From the NCBI GenBank assembly GCA_010909165.1, contig VJWM01000003.1:411949-475948 (forward strand): a DNA stretch of 64,000 nt, given 5' to 3'. The notes under the pieces are model-generated. The model ran no database searches and was not told the origin of the DNA. It saw only the letters and a program-made list of their open reading frames with translations. Position numbers and translations under genes: made by a program. Below are positions 20,946 to 41,277 of the stretch, in pieces. Position 1 is the first letter of the stretch. Each line of letters opens with the position of its first letter. This DNA is from Anthoceros angustus (taxonomy: Eukaryota; Plantae; Anthocerotophyta).

Positions 20946-23367
20946 AGCTAAAGCATGCCGAGACGGAATCACATCGCACTAGTGAAGGTGGTTGGTGTGA
21001 TGACAAAACCCCGTATACATGGATGAGCCAGAAGCCAAGCGACTGTGCCCCTATAATTAAGGGTAACTCTCTTATTTTTCAATTAGAATCTCTAAGTGAA
21101 ACTTTAGATTTTAATTGAAATACAAGAGAGCTGCACTCTCTGGAAGGAAGGCCCAGTAGGAATGTTAATAGCTAGGTGTCACGGAATAAAGCGAAGGGGA
21201 GAGTGATGAAGGCCTACCGCCACAAATTCTTGGGAGTCAAAGAGGGGCCCACTTGCCGTAAGCCAAGAGGATCTTGTTGATATTCGGTAGACTTCTCTTG
21301 GATGAATGTTGTTCTTTAGATATTGCAAAAGCTTGAGGTTGATACTTATCTTTTAGTATTCAATACCTATTCACTCGCATAAAATGCAAAATATGAGTGA
21401 AGGAAAAATTATATTGGTGGTCCAACAATATATCAATTTGGGGGTGAGGATGATTTCCCAACTCACTCATAACCTATCACACACCAGCAAACATGTCTCT
21501 CTCTATATTTTTAAGTGCTTAAGAGTTTTTAACTTTGCAAGTACAAGTACTTATATGGCCAAGATTTTTTTTGCGGAAGCTTACCTGACCAAGTTGAGAC
21601 AGAAAAATAAATACTAATGACGACATCTTCAAGATCTCATTTTCAAATGAACATATGAAGTCCATCTAATGTTTTTTTGAACAAATAATTATCTTGACCT
21701 CCGAGACAGGTCGTGGGAAATGAATGTGAGTCTAAGGACTCTAAATTACCTTTATTCAATCCTTCAGTATCGGGATAGCAAATGATGTGTAGAACGAAGT
21801 ACACTCTTTCCTATTTTTACCCACCTTTGATTTGCCATTCTTCGGCTTCCTTTCTTAAGTAATGGATGATTCTCAGTGATGCTTGCTTTTACAGCCTTTT
21901 CTACCTACCTAAAATGCAAACCAAATATTTAATTTTAATTCTATTCATCAGTAAATATTTTATTTTATTCTATCACACACACACACACACACATATAAAA
22001 TACAAAACCATAACAAATATTGATACACCTCACGTAGTTGAATCATAAGTCAATGAGCACACATCTTAGAATTGTTTGTCTAACCATTTGGATCATCAAT
22101 GCATAGAGTCTACCTAGAAGGATGGATTTATAGCGTAGAAGCCTTCTTGTTTCTGGCTACTACATATTACGGGATGCAAGAGCGGAAAGTTATGACTAAA
22201 GCGGAAGAGCGTATAGGAAAAGAGAGTGGAGGCAAGGTTGCTGGTTGGGTGACGCGCGTTCTTGCTGTGTAGCAACATCAAAAGGAAACCCTACACCTCA
22301 TGCCAAATGTCACGCTTCCCAAAACAGGTTCAGGTTCCTTCTCCAAGCACCGGATCATGGTTTCTAGAAACTCTACGCCTGGGGGACACATATCCGAAAA
22401 ACGACAACACATCCCAACGATACGGGTGGACTGGAATTTGGAAGCACCACGGTTCAGAACTTGTGTGGTTGCAGAGCTCCAGGTCCAGTGTCCAATGAAA
22501 GCTTGAGAGCAGCGCTGTCAGAGAGGACTTCCAGCTGTTGAGCAGCAATGTCGTGAACTGGAAGTGTCTCCCGCTTGAAACGGGGGAGGCCTCTGTTCCG
22601 TGGACGATCCAGGCCGCCAGGACTGGGAGTGATCTTTCGGAATATGTATGGGAACTGGAAACTATCCACACATTTATACCTACCTATGTACATATGTATG
22701 GATACCACCCGTATGAAGGATGTACTTGCAGTAAGTTACTGCTACAGCCGGCCTCGTTTTCTTCTTGTAGTGACTATGCAGGGTGGGCCCCGCCTAAATA
22801 CACGCTCTTCCCATCCCCACCCCCTGGCCTTAGTGCCTGGAGCCAGTTCTCCATCTTGGTCGGGCCTGGTGTGCGGAAATCCGTAAGAAATTCGTTTTCA
22901 GATAGGATACTCTGTCGCACTAGCCGAGGATAGGGATCGTTTCCCATCTCCCGGCTTTGGATCGGGGGATGGAGGTGCAGCTGGCCGGAGGTCTTTGAAG
23001 GAGTCCGAGACTGACCAGTGAAGACGTGTTGACTGGCAGAGACTCGAGGCCGAGATTGTCTCATTGTCGGATGTTTAGGCAGCTACCTTGCCACCGCTGA
23101 GATATCTGTGATATGGAGAAGGGGCTGCAACATTCCGATGGTTTTGGTGGGTAAGAGGGTTGCCTAGGCAGGATAACGTTCTCCCGCCCTGAAGGGCAAC
23201 AATAATCCGGCGGCCTTCTCTCATGCCTGGATCTCCACGTCCTCGTCGAAGAAATCTTCCGAAGTTGACCAGGACTTGGACTTTTGGAGGTACCAGGTGC
23301 TGCGTGGCATAGCGTTTTCAGCACCAGTTCCAAGTTCCCACTGTTATTCTGCTCCATATGTACAGAG

Positions 23368-25369
23368 ATGGAGTACGGTGTGTCAAGACCCCGATCTCAG
23401 CTGCTGGTGAAGGTTATTGTGGGAGCCTCTCTGATTGCTCTATTCCTGGTGATATTTCGCAAGTCTCCCACTTATAGCATTCCAGAAGCGGTATGCGTTG
23501 GTTCTGCCCTGTGATTGCATGATGGGTGATGTGATACTGGAAGTTGTTTTTTCCTGTCGACACGTGGTTTTGAGACGAGGCTGCGTGCAGAAGTTCAGAC
23601 AGCAGAGTGGGATGCAACATGTGTTGGTGACTGGAGGAGCTGGGTACATAGGGTCACACGCTGCTCTACGTTTGTTGGAGGATGGTTATCGCGTCACGGT
23701 GGTGGTATGTTCTCCGTGGTTCTCAAGTTTGTGTCTTTCTCTGGTGCTACATGTTGTTGGGGTTTTGTTATGGTTGGTGGAAGTGTAAGTTGTGGATTTG
23801 TCTGTGAATGATGCAGGATAATCTATCTCGTGGCAACTTGGGTGCTGTAGAGGTTTTGCAGAGGCTTTTCCCAGAGCCAGGGAGGTTGCAGTTTATCGTG
23901 GCAGATCTTGGGGACAGTGCTGCTGTATCTTTTTTGTGCTTATGGAATACTCTGAATGTCATTTTCTTCTCAGGTAGCAGGGTAAACTCGCGCTGTGTTG
24001 CCTGAACAATAGTGAAACAGATAAATGCCGTATTCGATAAGAATACATTCGACGTGGTTTTGCACTTTGCAGCCGTGGCCTACGTGGGAGAAAGTGTAGC
24101 TGAGCCCCTCCGGTACGCCTTCCAACGTTTTCTTTAAGTTCCTAGGGTTTTGTGTCAGGAGTGTTGATTGGAAGGTTCAGGTTACAGGGTCTAGCAGGTG
24201 ATGTACGTGTGTAAATTCTAGCAGGTATTACCACAACATCACAACCAACACTTTGTTGTTGTTAGAGGCTATGAAGGCGCACGAAGTGACCAATTTAATT
24301 TATTCTAGTACCTGTGCAACCTATGGGGAGCCCAGTGAAATGCCTATAACAGAAGACACCGCCCAGGTTACTCACCTACAAGAACCTCCACAGACTATCT
24401 CATTTGCTGCAGGTGCTGGTGTTGGCGTTGGTGGGTTGACGTAAGCGGTTATGGCCGTTTTTGCAGGTTCCCATCAACCCTTATGGAAAGGCGAAGAAGA
24501 TGGCAGAGGACATCATTAAGGACTATGCAAGGAATGGACACCTAGCAGTAACTATACTCAGGTTAGGGCAGAGATGGAGGATAGTAGCCCATAGCTTCAA
24601 TCTTTTGCTCTTTTGTCTCTGCAGATTTGAGCTTGTCCAGTTGAGTTCCTGTTCCGTATGTGCAGATATTTCAATGTCATTGGCTCAGACCCGAAAGGCA
24701 GGCTTGGAGAAGCACCAAGGCCTGAGCTGCGTGTTCATGGTCGCATCTCTGGGGCCTGCTTTGATGCGGCCATGGGCCTCATTTCAGGGCTGACGGTAAC
24801 ATACAGGCTGTGTCTTTCTGAAGCTTTCATTACGCTTATGTGGTTGCTTTCTAACAACTCTGATTCGCGTGATACCAGGTGAAGGGAACTGACTATGACA
24901 CTAAGGATGGTTCCTGTATACGCGACTATATACACGTCACGGATTTGGTTGATGCCCATGTGAAGGCCATGTCAAGGGTGACGAGGGAAGAAGTCCAGGT
25001 ATACAACGTGGGTACTGGCAAAGGTACTGCTTCTGAACATGCTTCTCTTGTTTGTACAGGTCCTTCAAGCTCGCATGGGAATTACGCACTTGCCTGCTGA
25101 AAGCATACTGTGTTCTCTTTGTCTCGGCAGGAAGTTCCGTGAAAGAGTTTGTTGAAGCTTGCAAGGCTGCAACTGGTAAGAACATCACAGTTTTCTATGA
25201 AAAAAGGCGACCTGGAGATTACGCCGAAGTATACAGTAACCCTTCAAAAATCATGGAGGAGCTTGGATGGTCCGCACAGTATACTGACCTTCAGGACAGC
25301 TTGACGATGGCATGGAATTGGAGAAGGGCTCATCCTGGTGGGTATTCCGACTCCAGCCTACATGCTTGA
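23368..25369 (+). CDS. MUR4: UDP-D-xylose 4-epimerase (UDP-arabinose 4-epimerase), type II Golgi membrane SDR, multi-exon
   Basis: N-terminal TM ([15 protein letters not shown]), [41 protein letters not shown], catalytic [44 protein letters not shown]; canonical GT-AG introns. Confidence 0.95.
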
Positions 25370-25813
25370 ATTCATGTCCTAGAATTAATGTATTTACTGA
25401 TAGCTTACATCTAAGCCGTGTGTATACTGAGGAAACAAGGTCTCCATGTGGAGGGTCCTCAAGTAGCTAGACACAGTGGGCACCTGTAATTTATACTTTT
25501 AAAGACGTCTTGCTGCTCCCAATCAACAACGAAGACACTGCAGTGTTGTTACAGTATTTGCAACCAGCACTACCATCAACTTCTCGTATACGTCACGAAT
25601 ACTCATGACCATTTCATGTTGGGCGGAACCTAGCCCGACAGAGATGAGGCGAATTCTCTTTCATTTCAGCCAGTCACACTGTAGATGGCTTGTTCTTTCC
25701 TGATGGCCGCCACGCTTCATTGTAAGCCGACTGGTTACATGTCGTGTTGGTCACAGACCGCCCGGAACGGGCTTGCAGCAACATGTTTCACTCACAAGTT
25801 ACTGCAGAGTGGT

Positions 25814-30894
<5,081 letters not shown>

Positions 30895-32003
30895 CCTGCT
30901 CCCTGTCCTCCGCAAACAGCTAGGTGAAGGCGAAATCCATCACTTTCCTTGCTCTCAACCTGCTTACACTTCCTGCAGCATGCACAAGCACACCTTCCTC
31001 CAATCCTGCAGTCTCACAACTTCATCACCACGCTTCCTCAAGGCACAGGCACATTTTCCTCCAATCCTGCAGTCTCATAACTTCACCACCAGGCTTCCTT
31101 AAGCAAGAAAGAAGACACCCGATGAAATCTCGCTGCACATCGTGGTTGATTCTTGCTGGAGGCTGCCCGATCCCACGCACTAGCGTCAAATTCGGACAGT
31201 GATTTGAATCCAAACCGCGCTCGCTCCCGCTTCCAGCAGCAATCTTGCTTCGATCTCTGCAACTCACAATCCAGCAGGCACGGCAGGTGGATCTTTGCTG
31301 CCAGGCGCCCGCCCCGAAACAATCCAAATTTGCAGCACCATCAGCTTCCCTCGCGCTGCGCTGCGTTGCGTTGCTGCAGCTTCCCCCATGTCCGTTTGCG
31401 TGCGACGCGTGTGCCCTGTGCAGCAGCGCAACAGAGGATGTCGGGGGTAGGAATCCTGTGACCAAATGCGTGGGCTGATTGGCGCTGCAGGCGATGACGC
31501 AACACCAACACAGCAGGAGCTCTCAGGCAGTCTGGCGGACCGGTCGCCCGCGGCGATACGGAGGACCGGCGCGGTCGGTCGCCCGGCTCCCCCGATGGGC
31601 CCCAATTCCTCGCTTTTGGCCATCGATGGGCGGGAAGCTTGCAAAGCACGCCCGAGATGATGATTGGGGCTGGACCAGCGCCCTTGGCGTGCTCCCAGTC
31701 GACCGACACACGTGCCTCCTTTTCGCTGGCTGGCGAGTAAAAATCCCACCAAATCCGCCAACATGATCGGGTTTTCACTACCACGTGCGGCTCGAGGAGC
31801 CGGGGTAGCGTACTTGACGGCGCACCTGCTCCACAACAAGATTCCATGCAAAGTGACATGCACAGAGTTTACACATCGTGCCATTGTTCAAAAAATGTAC
31901 AACTCTCGAGTCTCACATAACGAGACATGAATTGGTCCGGCACAGTCTTCAGCTCGGTCTAATAATAGACATGGACGGACACGTGTGCTTCGGAACAAGG
32001 CAC

Positions 32004-36766
<4,763 letters not shown>

Positions 36767-37042
36767 TGTTGCTCTTCTCCTAGACGAGACAAATTCGGAA
36801 TTCAACGCATGGTGTGCATACAGACTACTGTAATTGCTGCTACAGCCTGCAGGTGGTGGCGAAGGACACGCAGCTATAGAATCTGATTGCACTGAATCCG
36901 GCGTCTGTGTCCCAAACCCTAGCGGGCATTTCTTCCAGACCCTTCTTCTTCTGCAAGCAGACCGAGAACTATGGCGCAACTAATTGGACTCTGGACACTT
37001 TAGGGATCAGTGGTAATGTACTTCAAATGCTCCACATTAGAG

Positions 37043-39025
37043 CTAGTTGTGTGCAATCGCGGGAATCCGCAGTTCTTTCATAGCTTTGGAAGATAAGCAA
37101 AAATGGAGTACGCCGCGCAAGTCGCCGTTCTGATGTCTAAGGGAGAGGACTTGTGAAGTGAGTTTCACTCGTTCCTTGAGAAGCTCGTTGTAGTGCAACA
37201 AGGAATGTTCCAGAGCAGTCCAGATCCTGAGCACCTTGGGACTTATCACAGTTGTGAAGCTCTTCCAGAAGGCCTGCCACGCCAGCTTCTCCGGAGGCAC
37301 GATCACTTCTCCTGTGAAGGCATTGGCCTCGCTGAGCAGCTCGCTCCACCTCTTGTTCACCACGACGGGCGGCGGAGTGTCCGGCTTCTTATCCTCTATC
37401 AAGTACTCCACCACTCCAGGAACAATCTCATCCCTGTCGACAACCTGCACAGATCGCTCCTCCTCGGTGCACGTGAGGAACAGCCTCAGCTTCTCCAGCG
37501 CATTCCCGCTGTTAACTCCCAGCGCTCGCAAAATGGACACAACCCGGACATGGTCGTGCAGATTCGGCTCCAGCTTGGCTAGGGTTTTCTTGGCATCTTC
37601 ATCCACGAGAAATGCAGCCTCATCGCACAGAGCTTCCAGCATCGGCTGATACGAATGATGCGTCATGGCTTGCAGGAGATCTTCTTCAGGAGGCTCTTCC
37701 GTTGTGGTGGAATTATCAGGCCTGTTCTCCGCCAGCTCCACCTCAAGTATATTCGTTGCGGCGAAGCTCGCAAACACCTGATCACTTGGAGGACGCCAGT
37801 GCCATCCTAGCTGCTGCTCCTGCACGATCTTGTCTGCCTGCAAAACCTTGCTTACCAGAACCGCAAGTGCGTGCTGGTGCATGCAGAAGAACTCCCGGTG
37901 CTGCTTCTCATACGAGTCCCTCAAATCAAACTCCTTGTGCTGGAGCTCCTGCAACAGCCTGGTGACGCGAGCGTAGTCATCAGCCAGCTTTGCATTCACC
38001 TCCTTGAATTTCCTCTCCAGCTCTGCGTGCTTGTTCTTGAGCATCATCAACGTGTCCCGCTGCTTGGTAAGCTTCTTCTTCTGCTGCGTCGTGGTGATGT
38101 AGTTCTCCCGGTCCCTCTCCACCAGCACTCTGTAGTTGTAATCAAGCTTCTCGGAATTCGTCTGATACACCGCCTGCATCACCTCATAGTGCTGCTCCAG
38201 AATAGAGATGTCGTTCTCCAGCCGCACCTTCAACGTGTTGTACTCCTCCATATCCGCGTTCCGCAAATCGTCCAACGTCTTCTTGTTCTCGTCCGCCTTG
38301 GCCCGCATGCTGTCGTAGAACTCGCTCTCATGCGTCAGCCGCTTCTTGATCAACGCCTCCATCTCTCGGAAATTAGCATCCATCAGATCCTTCCTCTGCT
38401 GCAGGAATCCCTTCTCGATGTTGTCGAACTCTCTGGTATACGCGTCGTGCATGCTGGCCACCTGCCGCGTCATGGCGGCCACCAGGGAATCCACATCCAA
38501 CTTCTGCTGGTGCACGGCCTCCTCATACTCCTCATCCTTGAGCTTCAGCTCCGCCCTAATCTCCTCCAACACGGCGTCCTTGGACGCCAGGACCTCATCG
38601 CACGCCTTGCGCTGGTTCCGGATCTCGGCCGCCAGCTGCTGCGGGACCTGAAACCTGGTGACCTCGTCCCAGCGCTTGGCGATGGTCTCGTTGTGCTTGG
38701 CCGCCTCCTCCACCTCTTGCTCCACCCGGGACTTGATCACATTCAGGTGTTCGGCATCCACGATCCGGCGCTTGCACTCCCGATCGTCCGCCACGACGCG
38801 CACAAGCTTCACCTCGTCCTCGGATTTGGTGGTGAGCAGGGACAGAGCGTGCAGGCTGTTGGCCAATTGGATGTCCCCCGGCCCCTTGGGCTCCGGCTCC
38901 ACCTGCACCTTAGACATCCGATTCTGGGAGGCATGGCTGGCGGCGATGCGTGCCGCTACCCTTGCTCTTCTGATGGCAATGCGCTCCTCCCGCTCCGCGG
39001 CTCTCAATTCGGCTGCAGTCGGCAT
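37043..39025 (-). CDS. DRC1: Dynein regulatory complex subunit 1 (DRC1/CCDC164), single exon
   Basis: Uninterrupted ~660-aa coiled-coil ORF with EREERIAIRRARVAAR, WDEV...VPQQLAAEIRNQRKAC..VLASKD and LENDISILEQHYEVMQAVYQTNSEKLDYNYRVLVERDREN, plus C-terminal WTALEHSLLHYNELLKER..L..Q...LRHQNGDLR. Confidence 0.9.
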   Translation of the reverse strand: MPTAAELRAAEREERIAIRRARVAARIAASHASQNRMSKVQVEPEPKGPGDIQLANSLHALSLLTTKSEDEVKLVRVVADDRECKRRIVDAEHLNVIKSRVEQEVEEAAKHNETIAKRWDEVTRFQVPQQLAAEIRNQRKACDEVLASKDAVLEEIRAELKLKDEEYEEAVHQQKLDVDSLVAAMTRQVASMHDAYTREFDNIEKGFLQQRKDLMDANFREMEALIKKRLTHESEFYDSMRAKADENKKTLDDLRNADMEEYNTLKVRLENDISILEQHYEVMQAVYQTNSEKLDYNYRVLVERDRENYITTTQQKKKLTKQRDTLMMLKNKHAELERKFKEVNAKLADDYARVTRLLQELQHKEFDLRDSYEKQHREFFCMHQHALAVLVSKVLQADKIVQEQQLGWHWRPPSDQVFASFAATNILEVELAENRPDNSTTTEEPPEEDLLQAMTHHSYQPMLEALCDEAAFLVDEDAKKTLAKLEPNLHDHVRVVSILRALGVNSGNALEKLRLFLTCTEEERSVQVVDRDEIVPGVVEYLIEDKKPDTPPPVVVNKRWSELLSEANAFTGEVIVPPEKLAWQAFWKSFTTVISPKVLRIWTALEHSLLHYNELLKERVKLTSQVLSLRHQNGDLRGVLHFCLSSKAMKELRIPAIAHN

Positions 39026-39640
39026 TTTGCCCAAGCCTGCCTACGTTCCTCTGCCTCCCCGCCTTTGCCTGCCTGAGGCCCCTTCACATGACATTCCACC
39101 ACTACTACCTAACAAACCGCCAAGCCTTCATATTTCCCCTTTCTTTTTCTCTTACATTTGTGTTTCTACATCTTCCTCCATTTAATTACTTCCTCCATTT
39201 ACATGGGCATTCCTTCATCCCAAGCCACATTAGGTACCATGTCATCAAGCTGCCCAGCTCAACCGACCACACGGACCTGGATTCGCCATTGGATAGAGGA
39301 AAAATATGAAGGTATTACCTACCTATTTAAAATTATCATTCTATGAAAATAATAAAGTCCTTAAAATTGAATGTCACTTGGGTGAAGACGTAAAACCACC
39401 CGGACCAGTATTATACATGATAGAGACATGGTTTTTTTAAGAGAATAGAAAGAGGACATGGTTACTACCTATATAAGTGGGCTACTTATGGCCAAAGGTT
39501 TGGTGTGGATATGCAAAAGACTCTAGGTGGTGCCTCAAGAGTTGAGGTCTATTCTATATCATAAAATTTTTTAGAAGAACAAAAACAATAGTGGACTCTA
39601 TGCCGTCGGAGAACTTGTGAGCTAATCTTGTGAGCTAATC

Positions 39641-40447
39641 CTATTTTTTCTTCTTTATGGATTGATACAATGCTGCTGCAATTCCCAGAATAACACTCAG
39701 CAATATTATGTCGATGCAAAAGTTCCTTGAGGAACGCACTTGTGTTACTGTGTCTTTCATTCTAGTATTGGTGGTCTTGAGATTTGATGCAGCTTTATCT
39801 ACTTTAGAGTCAATTTCATCAAGCAAAGGATTTTGTTTCTCAAGTTCTTCACCCATGTCTGCAGCCATATTCTTGAGTGTGGATAGTCCTTCTGATATGA
39901 TATCTAGACCTTGATCTTGCTTCTCTTGACGTGATTGCACCTCTGAGTCAAAGCTTTTTGATTCCTCAGAATGTTGTTTGCCACTTTGCATCATCTCCTC
40001 GGGGCTCATGCTGTCAAACTTGATTTCAACTTTGGGTTTTTCCTTCTTATTAGAAATCTTTTTTCCCACTGCAATTCCATCTGGAATGTCCTCTATCTTT
40101 GCTATAATTGCTGTAACTAGCTCAGGTCTAGCTGCAAGCTCCTCTGGCTTTACTCCTTTAACTTTTTTTGTTGACAATTTGGTCAGTTTAGGGAGCTCTT
40201 TACGCAATGTTGCTTTCATGCGTCGAACTTCTGCATTTAATGTGGCTACTGCTGCTCTATTTTTTTCCGTTTGTGCATCACTTGATTTCTGAGCAGCAGC
40301 CGCTATGTCATTTTCCATTTGACTATACAACCTAAGAAAATGGTCATGTGAGGAAATTTGACTATCTCCTTTCTTGTCCGCATCATATTTCTCATATTTT
40401 TTATAGATTGCTTCTACACGAACTAGAATATCAATAACATTTGACAT
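39641..40447 (-). CDS. SYP71: SYP7-family (SYP71-like) Qc-SNARE syntaxin, intronless, AT-rich
   Basis: MSNVIDILVRVEAIYKKYEKYD...EKNRAAVATLNAEVRR.KA.L..E.PKL...IPDG...QDQGLDIISEGLSTLKNMAADMGEEL.KQ.PLLDEID.KVD.A.S.LK.TN.R.KDTV.Q.RSSRNFCIDIILL.VILGIAA.LY aligns end to end with plant SYP71-73. Confidence 0.93.
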   Translation of the reverse strand: MSNVIDILVRVEAIYKKYEKYDADKKGDSQISSHDHFLRLYSQMENDIAAAAQKSSDAQTEKNRAAVATLNAEVRRMKATLRKELPKLTKLSTKKVKGVKPEELAARPELVTAIIAKIEDIPDGIAVGKKISNKKEKPKVEIKFDSMSPEEMMQSGKQHSEESKSFDSEVQSRQEKQDQGLDIISEGLSTLKNMAADMGEELEKQNPLLDEIDSKVDKAASNLKTTNTRMKDTVTQVRSSRNFCIDIILLSVILGIAAALYQSIKKKK

Positions 40448-41277
40448 TGTGTTTTTCAATTTGAGGCTTTGTTTATGATTGATTTGTGAGAGCCTTTCAA
40501 CTGTTTTGCCTACAAGTGGAGATCAACTTGAAATTGTCTTTTAAGTAAAATATACCACCAAATATGTCTTAAGAATATCTTAAGAGTTTGAAGTAGCATA
40601 TTTGATATAGAACAAGTCAAAACTTAATCATACGTCCCTTCAGTTTATCTATATTTGGTTCCCAAGGTCCATAGAAGAGTACCTAGTACAAATCTTACCT
40701 TGTCAAGGTAAGCACTTGCACTTCCCTAGAAACCTACCTTTAAGTTTTTAGCACCTATTAGTTCAGGAGTATATCTCATTATTATATTTTATAATAGTAT
40801 AAATATTGGAATAAATATGAAAAAAATTATTTTTATATTTATTTTTAAAATAAATATGAAAACTTTATAAATAAATAAATATGATTAAAGTGAAAAGATT
40901 AGGTGTCTAAAAGCCTAAATGAACCTCTATAGGTGTAAATAGTGATTGCCTACTTGGATAAAGATATTGAAGCTATTAAGATCACAAGGAATGCAATGAT
41001 AGACTCCATCAAGTTAGCATCCAATCTGAGTTTTAGATCATTCCTCTATAGGTAATGGCCAACAACTTGTAGCATTGGGGATTTGGAAGATTTGAGCATA
41101 TGGGCATCAAGGCGTTTTAGTTGAGCGATGTGATGGGGAAACAGCAGCTTGGCATGTGAAAAGAGGCCCCTTTCTTAGTTATTTTCTGTAGTTCTTCAAT
41201 GCAATAGACGAAGGCAAAGAGTGATTCCAGCAAGGAAGGAGGAAGCGCAAGACGGGAGCGGGAAACATTCGAGGGAG

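Noticed and set aside
22262-23350. Short ORFs and splice-like signals upstream of MUR4
   Set aside because: No homology recognised; most simply spliced 5' UTR or non-coding sequence.
37871-39076. 401-aa plus-strand ORF and other ORFs antisense to DRC1
   Set aside because: Shadow ORFs caused by the high-GC3 codon usage of DRC1; the sequence is Leu/His/Val-rich with no domain pattern.
39641-40447. Giant-virus or other foreign origin of the AT-rich SYP7
   Set aside because: The protein aligns end to end with plant SYP71-73 and no viral hallmark genes are nearby; a host retrocopy is more parsimonious pending a gene tree.
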